Assembly: GCA_027482225.1 (NCBI GenBank) | Contig: JAIXWD010000005.1 | Span: 64,957 to 128,956 of the forward strand | Direction of reading: 5' to 3' | Length of the DNA stretch: 64,000 bases | Origin: Bacteroidota bacterium | GTDB taxonomy: Bacteria; Bacteroidota; Bacteroidia; UKL13-3 | Shown: one piece after another, positions 8,459-18,683 of the stretch | Position numbering within the stretch: position 1 is the stretch's first letter | Layout of the letters: each line of letters opens with the position of its first letter | Made by a program: the position numbers and the translations under genes | Notes under the pieces: model-generated | The model's database searches: none | What the model was told of the DNA's origin: nothing | Seen by the model: the letters and a program-made list of their open reading frames with translations, nothing else

Positions 8459-9587
8459 CGATTTTTAGAATATCTTTTATCAATTGTTGAATGTGTTTAA
8501 CATCCATATCACCCATACAAGTATTGTTTCCGCCACAAGGTATTTGTTCGGTATGATGAATACATGGCGAGCATGGTTTATTTAAAAAATAAGTGTATTG
8601 TGTATCTGCAATACGTTGCACAGGGCTAATTGGTCCCCAAAATGAAATAACTGGCATTTTAAGTTTAATGGCAATATGAAGTGGAGCACTATCTATCGAT
8701 AACATTAAACGACCTTTTGTTCCTAGGAAGTTGTAGTACTCATCGAAAGTAAGTTTACCCGCTACATTCTTTACACGGTTTGTATCTAGTTTATTCAATT
8801 GAATAAAATCATCAATATCAGCGGTATCAATTGGTGCTCCAACTAAAGCTATATTATATGATGTTTGAGTGGTTATAAAATTACAAATTTGAACAAGCTT
8901 ACTATCTGGTAATTTTCTTAAGTGGCCACCTAATTCGCTGCAAGTATTATTAATAATAAAATAGTTTCGGGTGGCGTTAGCTTGGGTAAATTTTTGCTGA
9001 AACACAAACTGCTCGAACTTTTTTACACCCATGCTCTCCGCTAACTTTCGGTAGTTAATATCAACCCTTACAAATTGATTAAAATAGGTATTATGGGTGT
9101 TAAGGTAATTGCGGAAATTTGTTTTGTCCAACTGAAATCCAAAACGGTTTTTAGCGCAAGTCCAAGCTGATAAAATTGTTGTTAAAATAGAATACACCTC
9201 CAAATCAACCACCCAAAGCTTTTTCATAGTAAGCGCCTTTATCATAAATTTTGCGGTACTTTTAAGCATGGAAAACACATTTTTATCATCAATGCAAATA
9301 ATCTCATCAAAAAGTTCCAAAGGTTCAATTCCTTTAGCCACACCTTTGCCACACAATAATGTAAAGCGCGTATTGGGGAAATGTAATTTCATACTATGTA
9401 TGGCATCGCTTGCCATAATAATACTGCCAAGACCTAATATTTTTATTACTACAATATTTTCAGGATGCTTATCAATACTATGGTTACGCCTTAATAATAA
9501 GCCCAAACCCCTTACCAAAAACAGGTTTACACCAAGCAATACGCGGCCTATATAAACATCTATAAATTGTTTTAGCTTTAGGTTCAT
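8439..9587 (-). CDS. Glycosyltransferase family 9 (heptosyltransferase-like)
   Basis: GLGS.I motif, SIDSAPLHIA, FWGP and a C-terminal PCSPC...C..C motif. Confidence 0.85.
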   Translation of the reverse strand: MNLKLKQFIDVYIGRVLLGVNLFLVRGLGLLLRRNHSIDKHPENIVVIKILGLGSIIMASDAIHSMKLHFPNTRFTLLCGKGVAKGIEPLELFDEIICIDDKNVFSMLKSTAKFMIKALTMKKLWVVDLEVYSILTTILSAWTCAKNRFGFQLDKTNFRNYLNTHNTYFNQFVRVDINYRKLAESMGVKKFEQFVFQQKFTQANATRNYFIINNTCSELGGHLRKLPDSKLVQICNFITTQTSYNIALVGAPIDTADIDDFIQLNKLDTNRVKNVAGKLTFDEYYNFLGTKGRLMLSIDSAPLHIAIKLKMPVISFWGPISPVQRIADTQYTYFLNKPCSPCIHHTEQIPCGGNNTCMGDMDVKHIQQLIKDILKIDERSFA

Positions 9588-9737
9588 AACAAACGCAAAA
9601 TCAAATATTTTTTGTAACTAACAAAATACTTAGTGCAATACTGTATCATTTTAACTAAAACACGAGCTTCATAAATTCGCGAAATGTCTTATACTTGAAA
9701 TCTGATTAATTAATACCAATTGTAAGAGTAAAAACTT

Positions 9738-11216
9738 ATGTTACAACAATACACAGCCAAACAAAAACTAAGCGTTTACAGTATTGTAGGTTTGTTTGCG
9801 TTGATTTTTTGCAGTATATCATTAGTAAATCATTACCTATATAGAACCTACGCGTTTGATTTAGGAATTTACAATAACATGTTGTACTCCTACTCTCACT
9901 TTAAATTAAACTACACACCCTTACAGCAGCCTTTAGTTTATCATGCCTTTGCAGACCATTTTGAACCGGTGTTCTTTTTATTTGCTCCCTTCTATTGGAT
10001 TTTTGGCAGCTATACATTACTCATCATACAAATTATAATGGTAATTTTTGGTGGCATAGGTGCCATGCGGTTTGCAAAATTACACAGCAACAACAATACA
10101 CTTTCTATTGCCATTCTTATACAGTTTTATGCCATGTGGGGTGTATACTCGGCATTGGCATTTGATTTCCACAACAACATTACTGCAGCCATGATAGTAC
10201 CTTGGGTAATGGTATTTGCCCAACAAAAAAATATTAAACCATTAATTATTGCCTGGGCGGTTATTTTATTAAGTAAAGAAAACATGGCTTTGTATGGCAT
10301 ATTTGTTTGTTTGGGATTGGCCTTACATTACTTTAATGACAAACAACTACGCAACTTATTTTTAATACTTACTGCCGCATCTGCTGTGTATTTTGTATTG
10401 GTGGTGAAGGTATTTATTCCATCCTTTCAACAACCAGGTGCAGGTTATTTATACGATAGCATGTACAAGTCATTAGGCACAACACCAAAGGAAATATTAG
10501 GTAACATATTTAACAAACCTGGATACCTATTTAGTTTGTTGTTTGAAAACTATTCGGGTGAAGCATTATTTAACGGCATTAAATCTGAACTACATTTTTC
10601 AGTATTGATTAGCGGTGGTATTTTTATGCTTTACAAGCCACAATTTTTGGTGATGTTGATTCCGATTTATGCGCAAAAGTTATTTAATACAGATGCAGCA
10701 CGTTGGGGCATTAACTACCATTATAGCATTGAATTTGTTCCTGTATTAACAGCGTGTACTGTAGTATTTATTACATCAATAAATACAACAGAAAAGATTA
10801 GATACTACATAGGATTTTTTGTTGCAGTGATAACTCTTTATTACACCATTAGTAAAATGGATAGCCGTGTTTCTATTTGGTATGATAAAGTGAATACGCG
10901 GTTTTATGCGCCTGAACATTACAACAATAACCAAACAACTATAACCATAAGAGCTGAACTAAATGCACTACCACTTATAGATGAAGATGCAATTAGTGCT
11001 CAAAATAATTTTGTGCCTCACCTATCAAACCGTACATATATTTATTTGTACCCTGAAAGTAGTAAAGCAACACATATAGTTGTGGCTCCAAAAACCAATT
11101 TATATCCTTTAAAAGATTCGGCCTATAATAGTGTGCTTGATACACTGAAAAAAAGTAGTTATTGGCAAAACATTACCCCAAATAACCAAGAGGTATTTTT
11201 GTATAGGCGTAAGTAA
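9738..11216 (+). CDS. DUF2079-type membrane protein (predicted GT-C fold)
   Basis: H..Y.T.AFDLG.Y, ADHFEP, FDFH and SKE motifs, with about 10 TM segments. Confidence 0.75.
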   Translation: MLQQYTAKQKLSVYSIVGLFALIFCSISLVNHYLYRTYAFDLGIYNNMLYSYSHFKLNYTPLQQPLVYHAFADHFEPVFFLFAPFYWIFGSYTLLIIQIIMVIFGGIGAMRFAKLHSNNNTLSIAILIQFYAMWGVYSALAFDFHNNITAAMIVPWVMVFAQQKNIKPLIIAWAVILLSKENMALYGIFVCLGLALHYFNDKQLRNLFLILTAASAVYFVLVVKVFIPSFQQPGAGYLYDSMYKSLGTTPKEILGNIFNKPGYLFSLLFENYSGEALFNGIKSELHFSVLISGGIFMLYKPQFLVMLIPIYAQKLFNTDAARWGINYHYSIEFVPVLTACTVVFITSINTTEKIRYYIGFFVAVITLYYTISKMDSRVSIWYDKVNTRFYAPEHYNNNQTTITIRAELNALPLIDEDAISAQNNFVPHLSNRTYIYLYPESSKATHIVVAPKTNLYPLKDSAYNSVLDTLKKSSYWQNITPNNQEVFLYRRK

Positions 11217-11227
11217 TAAACACTTTG

Positions 11228-12505
11228 CTAACCCACCCAATTTCCTGAAATAAAAAAATGGAATAAAAAGCTTTGTAATAGCATTCCACAAATACAAGTA
11301 ATATAACTTATAGCCCTATAAAATTTTGTAGTGTTTGGCATTGCAAGAAACACTGTTGTTAAGGTAAGGGTGATGGCCAATACCATTATAAGTTTGTGTT
11401 CAATATGCGAATGCGATATGGTAAAACCTAAAATGATAGCAAATCCTATTAGCATTAACGGTTTAATATTAACTTGAATTTTTTGTGTAGCCAATAAGTG
11501 TAAAAGTAGTAAGTAAAATGGGGTTGATAAAATGTATCTGTTTAAGCTAGCTAAACTTTCATGCTGGTATAACAGAATAAATGTTGTACCACCAGCAAGA
11601 TAAAGCAAAACAAATAAATCGGCAGTACTTAAGGCTCCGTTTATATTAAAAAGTCTCGATAACGGATTAGACCATTTATATTTATAGCTTAGCAAATTGA
11701 TGAAATAAGTTACCAAAACTAATTTGCAAAAAACACCTATCAATAGGGCTAAATTTTCAGTTAAAGCAACCGGTTTATGCCAACTAATATGTTTTAATTT
11801 GGGCCAACGCAAGTGATGATCCCAATATTGGTGTGCTTCAAAAAAACCGAAAAACCTACCTGTTTGTTGATACTGATATAGAAACACCAATACATTAACA
11901 ACAAATACAGCAAGCATGGCAAATACAATTAGTTTAACTTCTGCCCACTTTTTTTGTTGCATAAATTCGAGCATCAAAATCAATATAAACGACACTAAAA
12001 ATATCATAGAAGCAGATCGTGTACCAATGGCAATAAAGGCACCTAAAGCCAATAGCCAATAGTTGCTTTTACTAAAGCCCAATAAAATTAGAACAGATCC
12101 TAGAAAGAAAAAGCTTTCGGTATAAGGCATCATAAAAAAGAAACTTAAACCAACTGATGTAAAAACTACAATGGTATTAGTGAAGATACGATAATTTATT
12201 GAAATCATTATCGTTGCTAAAGCAAAAATAAAGTAGTTAATCAATCCCATTGCTATATTACCAACGTTTAGGGTTTTCCATACAAGTGGGAATAATGGAA
12301 AGAAGGCTAAATTATTCTGTTGGCCAGGTAAATAGATATAACCATGTTGGCGCATACCATTATACCAACCACAATCCCAATAACACCAATTGCTTTCATC
12401 AGGTAAAATACCATGCTGCTTAAAATAAAACCAAATTGTAAGTGCAACCAATAAAATTGGAAGTAACACAAGTAGAAGTAAAATGTAACCTTGTTTTTTA
12501 AACAT
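11228..12505 (-). CDS. PIG-V/Gpi18-like membrane mannosyltransferase-family protein (GT-C)
   Basis: WDCGWY..GY......NLAFFPLFP and PYTESFF signature motifs. The ATG at 12505 lies just downstream of the mutL stop (the track uses TTG at 12511). Confidence 0.7.
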   Translation of the reverse strand: MFKKQGYILLLLVLLPILLVALTIWFYFKQHGILPDESNWCYWDCGWYNGMRQHGYIYLPGQQNNLAFFPLFPLVWKTLNVGNIAMGLINYFIFALATIMISINYRIFTNTIVVFTSVGLSFFFMMPYTESFFFLGSVLILLGFSKSNYWLLALGAFIAIGTRSASMIFLVSFILILMLEFMQQKKWAEVKLIVFAMLAVFVVNVLVFLYQYQQTGRFFGFFEAHQYWDHHLRWPKLKHISWHKPVALTENLALLIGVFCKLVLVTYFINLLSYKYKWSNPLSRLFNINGALSTADLFVLLYLAGGTTFILLYQHESLASLNRYILSTPFYLLLLHLLATQKIQVNIKPLMLIGFAIILGFTISHSHIEHKLIMVLAITLTLTTVFLAMPNTTKFYRAISYITCICGMLLQSFLFHFFISGNWVG

Positions 12506-12511
12506 ACACAA

Positions 12512-14353
12512 CTACCCTATCAATTTATAAAGTTCATCCAAGCTCAATGTACTAAAACAACTTTTTCCACCAGGCGAAAGTTTGTTTTCTGTACAAGCAA
12601 AAAGTTCATCCACCAAGGTATTCATCTCTTCAACACTAAGTCTTGTGCCGGGTTTTACCGATGCACGTTGCGCTAAAATCCGTGCTATATTTTGGTGTTT
12701 AGTACTGCCTGATTGTTTTTTGTAATTTTCTAAAACTTCATCAATTAAGTGTTGTTCGTTGTAATGATTTAACTCTGCAGGAACACCATTAATAGAAAAT
12801 GTATTACCTCCTAAATCATTCACATCAAAACCCAACGCCCTGATGTCAGCTAATAAATCGTTAAGCAACATGGCATCAGCAGCATTTAAATTAATGGTTT
12901 TAGGAAACAACTTTTGTTGGGTAGCCATGGGTTGATTTAGTAATGCTTGCATATATTTTTCATACAATACACGCTCGTGTGCAGCTTGCATATCAATAAG
13001 CATTACGCCACTTTTTATTTGCGATAAAATAAAAGTTGCGTGAATTTGCGTAAAATGTCTGGCCGAGTTTTGCTCCTCCTCCAAAGCCAACTCATCAAGT
13101 GTTTTATTATATCGTTTTGGCCCAACATCACCAATGGTATCTTTCTTTTCTAAAATACCAAACAGCTCTTGCCAATCTTTATTTTGTGTGCGATTTAATG
13201 TAAAAGAATCTCTGTTGTTATTAAATCCACCAATTGCATTAGGGTTTGTTACATGAGGTGATTCTGAATTTGGCTGATAGTTATTAGGATTTTGTGTTGG
13301 CGTGAAACGAGAGCCTAAATTTAAAAAGGAATCATCATTAGAAGGAACATAAGTTGGTACATGGTAATGTTCCCCTATCGCCTTTTTACAAACTGCGCGG
13401 AGTATTTGGTACAACGAGCGTTCGTCTTCAAACTTAATTTCTGTTTTAGTAGGATGTACGTTTACATCAATTTGCGTAGGGTCAATATCTATACAAATAA
13501 CATAAAACGGAAACTGCTCTTTACTAATTAAATTCTCGTAGCAGCTCATTACCGCATGGTTTAAATAAGCATCTTTAATAAACCTATTGTTTACAAAAAA
13601 GAACTGTTCACCACGTGTTTTTTTTGCATGTTCAGGCTTTCCAACATAACCCTTTATGGTGGCTATGGTTGTTTCTTCGTATGCAGTTAATAGATGGTTG
13701 CCAATTTTATAACCAAAAACCTGTTCAATTCGCTGAGGCAAATCGCCCCCACGTAGGTTATAAACCTCTTCGTTATTATTGTGTAAGGTAAAAGCAATTT
13801 CAGGATGAGCCAAAGCAGCCCGAGTAAACTCATCAAAAATATGGCGCGTTTCTACAGGATTTGATTTTAAGAAATTTCTGCGAGCGGGAATATTATAAAA
13901 CAAGTTTTTAACCACAACACTCGTTCCTTGATTGCAAGCAACACCCTCTTGCTTTTTAACTTCACTTCCCTCAATTAAAATGAGCGTTCCAATAGTATCC
14001 TGAGCATTTTTAGTTTTTAATTCAACCTGAGCAACACTTGCAACACTAGCCAAAGCCTCACCCCTAAACCCATTGGTTTTTATATGGTAAATATCTTCGG
14101 TTTGGGTTATTTTACTGGTGGCATGTCGCTCCCAACACATTCGCGCATCGGTTGGGCTCATTCCTTTTCCGTTGTCAATTACCTGAATTAATACTTTACC
14201 GCCTTCTTTAATCATTAACTGAATAAGTGTAGCTTCTGCATCAATTGCATTATCAAGTAACTCCTTAACCACAGAAGCCGGTCGTTGTATCACCTCGCCT
14301 GCTGCTATCTGGTTGGCTACGTGGTCGGGTAAAAGTTTAATTACATCACTCAT
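12512..14353 (-). CDS. mutL: DNA mismatch repair endonuclease MutL
   Basis: NQIAAGEVIQRPASVVKEL, GFRGEALAS, DVNVHPTK and DMQAAHER motifs. Confidence 0.97.
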   Translation of the reverse strand: MSDVIKLLPDHVANQIAAGEVIQRPASVVKELLDNAIDAEATLIQLMIKEGGKVLIQVIDNGKGMSPTDARMCWERHATSKITQTEDIYHIKTNGFRGEALASVASVAQVELKTKNAQDTIGTLILIEGSEVKKQEGVACNQGTSVVVKNLFYNIPARRNFLKSNPVETRHIFDEFTRAALAHPEIAFTLHNNNEEVYNLRGGDLPQRIEQVFGYKIGNHLLTAYEETTIATIKGYVGKPEHAKKTRGEQFFFVNNRFIKDAYLNHAVMSCYENLISKEQFPFYVICIDIDPTQIDVNVHPTKTEIKFEDERSLYQILRAVCKKAIGEHYHVPTYVPSNDDSFLNLGSRFTPTQNPNNYQPNSESPHVTNPNAIGGFNNNRDSFTLNRTQNKDWQELFGILEKKDTIGDVGPKRYNKTLDELALEEEQNSARHFTQIHATFILSQIKSGVMLIDMQAAHERVLYEKYMQALLNQPMATQQKLFPKTINLNAADAMLLNDLLADIRALGFDVNDLGGNTFSINGVPAELNHYNEQHLIDEVLENYKKQSGSTKHQNIARILAQRASVKPGTRLSVEEMNTLVDELFACTENKLSPGGKSCFSTLSLDELYKLIG

Positions 14354-14495
14354 AATATAAATACGCCTGCAAAGTACGAAACAAAATGCAGTGTTAATAT
14401 GTACGTATAAAACTTAGTTTATAAAAGCACTAAAACTAAATGAATTTTAACTTTTTTTGTTGCTAATAGTGGTAGGCTATTATTTAGCAGAAAAC

Positions 14496-17402
14496 ATGAA
14501 TAGAGTTAAATTTTTACTTTGCATCATCTTGTTTCCAATTTTTAGTTGGGCACAAAACGGCACCATTAATTGGAATAAAAGTAATCCTTGGGTTGATTCA
14601 GTATATAATACATTAACCGATGATGAACGTATTGGACAGCTATTTATGATTGACGCATGGACCATGCGCGATTCGGCACACTACAACTATGTTGAATCTT
14701 TAGTACGTGACTATAAAGTTGGAGGAATAATATTTTTTAAAGGCACACCATACAAACAAGCTACATTAACCAATCATTTTCAAAGTAAAAGTAAAGTTCC
14801 TCTTTTAATTGGTATTGATGGCGAATGGGGATTAAGCATGCGTTTGGATAGTACGCCTGTTTACCCACGCCAAATGGTTTTAGGGGCTAGTGCAAACCCT
14901 GATTTAGTTTATGAAATGGGGCTAAGCATTGGATCACAATGCAAGCGCATGGGTATTCATTTTAATTTTGCACCTGATGTTGATGTGAACAACAATGCCA
15001 ATAATCCAGTAATTAACGACCGCTCATTTGGCGAAAATAAATACACTGTAGCCAAACTTGGTACTGCTTATGCCAAGGGGTTACAAGACATGCACATCAT
15101 TGCTTCCGCAAAACATTTTCCGGGCCATGGTGATACAGAAACAGATTCTCATTACGGATTACCAGTTATTAAAGCAAACAGAAAACGTTTAGACTCTCTT
15201 GAGCTATATCCTTTTAAAAAGTTGATAGATGAAAACGTGATGAGTGTAATGGTTGCCCATTTAAACATACCCGCGCTTGATACAAGCAACACACCTTCCT
15301 CATTATCAAAACCAATTATTACCGACTTGCTTCGAAATGAAATGGGATTTAAAGGCATTATTATTACCGATGCATTAAACATGAAAGGTGTAGCAGATTT
15401 ATACCCTCCTGGCGAGGTTGCAGCACGTGCCTTATTAGCCGGTAACGATATTTTATTGTTTGTAGAAAACGTACCTGCCAGCATGGCTAAAATCAAAGAG
15501 CATTTGTTGGATAGCACTTTAACTTGGGTACAAATTGAAAAAAGTTGTAGGCGCGTATTGATGGCAAAATATTGGGCAGGACTAAACAAATACGAGCCAA
15601 TTGAATTAACCAACTTAACATTAGACTTAAACTCTGGTGATGCACCTGAGATCATTAAAAAGGCTATTAAAAATAGCATAATTGTTGCAAAAAATTCGGA
15701 TGATATTATCCCAATTAAAAATCCTGAATTATATAAAATTGCTACAGTAGGTGTGGGTGTTCAGCAACTTACTGCCTTTCAGGAAATGTGCTTAAACTAT
15801 TGCAAAAGTGATTATTTTAGCATTGATAAAACAGACAAGAGCGTAAACTTCGACAGCTTATATTTAGCACTAGAAAAATACAACTTAATTATTTTAAGTC
15901 TTCACTCAACAAGCAGATTTGTAAGCAGAAAACTAGGCCTCACTCAAACACAAATAGATTTTATAAATCGAATCATTCAATCGCAGCGTAAAGTAATATT
16001 GGTTTGTAATGGTAATCCATACATTCTAAATAGTTTTCAAAATGCACGTAACGTAATTGTATCTTATGAAGATTTAGAATTATACAACCAATTAGCAGCA
16101 CAAGTATTGTTTGGCGGCATAACTGCAAAAGGTCATATGCCTGTAAGTGTGGGTGATGCTTTTCCATTAGGAAGTGGTATTACAACAACCACGTTGGATA
16201 GATTTAGTTATGTGTTACCAGAAGAAGCAGATTTAAACAGTGATGCTCTGGTTAAGTTAGACAGCATCGCTAATCAAGCCATAGTAAAAGGGGCAACTCC
16301 AGGATGTCAAATATTGGTGGCAAAACAAGGCAAAGTTATTTATCAAAAATCATTTGGTTCTCATACATACGATAATATTTCTGTTGTAAAAAACCATCAC
16401 CTATATGATGTAGCATCATTAACAAAAGTATTGGCTACCACTATTGCAGTAATGCATTTGTATGATGAACATAAAATAAAACTAGAGGAGAAATTAAGTA
16501 CTTATTTACCCATGTTAATTGGCACCAATAAAGACGAGATCACGGTGCATGACGTATTGCTTCATCAAGCAGGTTTACTGGCATACATACCCATTTACAA
16601 AAACACATTGATAAATGGCAAGCCTAATCCAATTATTTATCAAACCACATACGATAGCATATACAATAAACAGGTTGCGCCAAATTTATTTATGCATAAC
16701 GATTATGAGCAGTTTATATGGGATGCCATTTTAAACAGTGAAGTTAAACCCAAAGGTAACTACGTATACTCTGATTTAGGATTTATTTTATTGCGTAAAG
16801 CCATCGAAAATATTACACAAACACCAATTGATTCTTTTTTAAACGAACACGTATACAAGCCACTTAATTTAGCTAACCTTACTTTTAACCCACTAAAAAA
16901 AATAAATGCTGATTGGATTTTACCAACCGAAATGGATACATTTTTCAGATGGCAATTAATAAACGGAACCGTACATGATCAGACAGCGGCAATGCTTGGT
17001 GGTGTGAGCGGGCATGCCGGTTTATTTGCCAGCTCAAATGATGTGGCGGTAATAATGCAAATGTTATTAAACGGGGGTGAATATGGTGGTAAGCGAGTTT
17101 TAAAAGAAAGTACCGTCAACTACTTTACAAAAAAACATGGCAAATCGCGCAGGGGGCTGGGTTTCGACAAACCTGAAACCGATTTTAAAAAAGCCAGCCC
17201 AACTAGTAAGCAATGCTCGCCATATACTTTCGGACACACTGGATTTACTGGTACTTGCGCTTGGGTTGATCCGAAATCTAAATTGGTATTAGTATTTCTA
17301 TCTAATCGTGTTCATCCCTCATCAGAAAATAAAAAATTGATTGAAATGAATGTACGTACCAACTTACAAGATGCCATTTACGAGGCATTTATCTTTGATT
17401 AA
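14496..17402 (+). CDS. Exported GH3 beta-N-acetylglucosaminidase fused to a beta-lactamase-fold serine hydrolase
   Basis: NagZ motif KHFPGHGDTETDSH. C-terminal SLTK (SxxK), YSD and HTGFTG. Signal peptide from the ATG at 14496. Confidence 0.9.
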   Translation: MNRVKFLLCIILFPIFSWAQNGTINWNKSNPWVDSVYNTLTDDERIGQLFMIDAWTMRDSAHYNYVESLVRDYKVGGIIFFKGTPYKQATLTNHFQSKSKVPLLIGIDGEWGLSMRLDSTPVYPRQMVLGASANPDLVYEMGLSIGSQCKRMGIHFNFAPDVDVNNNANNPVINDRSFGENKYTVAKLGTAYAKGLQDMHIIASAKHFPGHGDTETDSHYGLPVIKANRKRLDSLELYPFKKLIDENVMSVMVAHLNIPALDTSNTPSSLSKPIITDLLRNEMGFKGIIITDALNMKGVADLYPPGEVAARALLAGNDILLFVENVPASMAKIKEHLLDSTLTWVQIEKSCRRVLMAKYWAGLNKYEPIELTNLTLDLNSGDAPEIIKKAIKNSIIVAKNSDDIIPIKNPELYKIATVGVGVQQLTAFQEMCLNYCKSDYFSIDKTDKSVNFDSLYLALEKYNLIILSLHSTSRFVSRKLGLTQTQIDFINRIIQSQRKVILVCNGNPYILNSFQNARNVIVSYEDLELYNQLAAQVLFGGITAKGHMPVSVGDAFPLGSGITTTTLDRFSYVLPEEADLNSDALVKLDSIANQAIVKGATPGCQILVAKQGKVIYQKSFGSHTYDNISVVKNHHLYDVASLTKVLATTIAVMHLYDEHKIKLEEKLSTYLPMLIGTNKDEITVHDVLLHQAGLLAYIPIYKNTLINGKPNPIIYQTTYDSIYNKQVAPNLFMHNDYEQFIWDAILNSEVKPKGNYVYSDLGFILLRKAIENITQTPIDSFLNEHVYKPLNLANLTFNPLKKINADWILPTEMDTFFRWQLINGTVHDQTAAMLGGVSGHAGLFASSNDVAVIMQMLLNGGEYGGKRVLKESTVNYFTKKHGKSRRGLGFDKPETDFKKASPTSKQCSPYTFGHTGFTGTCAWVDPKSKLVLVFLSNRVHPSSENKKLIEMNVRTNLQDAIYEAFIFD

Positions 17403-17544
17403 TAAACATTTCAACCATCCCTGATTACGCTAATCAAATTTTGTTTAGTTTTTTTATTAGTAGACAACTACTTATAAAGTAAATGTGCCATCAATACAAA
17501 AACTTAACTCGAATGTTTCATCTTTGTAACCTCAAAGTCAAAAC

Positions 17545-18681
17545 ATGAAAATAGGAATAGTTTGTTACCCAACATACGGTGGTAGTGGAGTAATTGCAAC
17601 GGAACTAGGTAAAGCACTTGCCGAACGTGGACATCAGGTGCATTTTATCAGCTACAAACAACCTGCTCGTTTAGATTTTTTCACCAATAACCTATTTTAT
17701 CACGAAGTATATGTGAGTAGTTACCCATTATTCGATTATCCTCCATATGAAACTACACTTACAAGCAGATTAGTTGACGTAGTGAAATTTGAAAAACTGG
17801 ATGTATTACATGTACATTATGCCATACCGCATGCATCTGCAGCAATATTCGCAAAACAAATATTAGCCACAGAGGGTATTCATATTCCTATAATTACTAC
17901 CCTACACGGTACAGATATTACCTTGGTAGGTAAGGATGCATCATTTACACCAGTTGTTACTTATTCATTAAATATGTCGGATGCCATTACTTCCGTTTCT
18001 GACTCATTAAAACAAGACACATACAAACATTTTAAGGTGACTAAAGAAATTAAGGTTATACCAAATTTCATAGATTTCGAACGTTTTAGTAAAAAACCAC
18101 GTGAACATTTTCGAATGGCCATTTCATCTCAAGGTGAAAAATTATTAGTACACACCAGTAATTTTAGAAAGGTTAAACGTGTAGAAGATGTTGTAAAAAC
18201 TTTTGCAAAGGTTGTACAGCATATTCCTTCTAAACTATTATTAGTAGGCGATGGGCCCGAAAGACAACAAATTGAAATATTATGCCGCGAGCTAGAGTTG
18301 TGTGACAAAATTATATTTCTAGGCAAACAAGATCCTGTAGAAGAAATTTTATCTGTTTGTGATTTGTTTTTAATGCCAAGTGAAACAGAAAGTTTTGGTT
18401 TAGCTGCACTTGAAGCAATGGCCTGCGAAGTTCCAGTTGTGAGCAGTAATGCAGGTGGTATTCCTGAATTAAATATTAATGGTGTTACTGGTTTTTTATG
18501 TAATGTGGGTGATTTGGAATGTATGGCAGAAAAAGCACTTTATATTTTAAGCGATGAAAAAAGGTTGTTAGAATTTAAACACAATGCGAAAAAACGAGCA
18601 CTAGAATTCCACATCGACAATATTTTACCTGAATACGAAAAAGTATACGATATGGTGATTAAAAATAAAAAAATCAGTTAA
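17545..18681 (+). CDS. bshA: N-acetyl-alpha-D-glucosaminyl L-malate synthase (bacillithiol biosynthesis, GT4)
   Basis: MKIGIVCYPTYGGSGVIATELG, HVHYAIPHA, TTLHGTDITLVG and ESFGLAALEAM motifs. Confidence 0.93.
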   Translation: MKIGIVCYPTYGGSGVIATELGKALAERGHQVHFISYKQPARLDFFTNNLFYHEVYVSSYPLFDYPPYETTLTSRLVDVVKFEKLDVLHVHYAIPHASAAIFAKQILATEGIHIPIITTLHGTDITLVGKDASFTPVVTYSLNMSDAITSVSDSLKQDTYKHFKVTKEIKVIPNFIDFERFSKKPREHFRMAISSQGEKLLVHTSNFRKVKRVEDVVKTFAKVVQHIPSKLLLVGDGPERQQIEILCRELELCDKIIFLGKQDPVEEILSVCDLFLMPSETESFGLAALEAMACEVPVVSSNAGGIPELNINGVTGFLCNVGDLECMAEKALYILSDEKRLLEFKHNAKKRALEFHIDNILPEYEKVYDMVIKNKKIS

Positions 18682-18683
18682 TG

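Noticed and set aside
15152..15679. Antisense or alternative-frame ORFs (this one, 26387-26740, 43828-44241, 47488-47838, 57608-58006 and other short track entries)
   Set aside because: They lie on top of well-supported genes and show no motifs, so they are shadow ORFs.
14496..17402. Antibiotic-resistance beta-lactamase
   Set aside because: The SxxK domain is fused to a NagZ GH3 domain, which fits cell-wall turnover better. The MBL at 2115-3509 is likewise a rhodanese-fused type.
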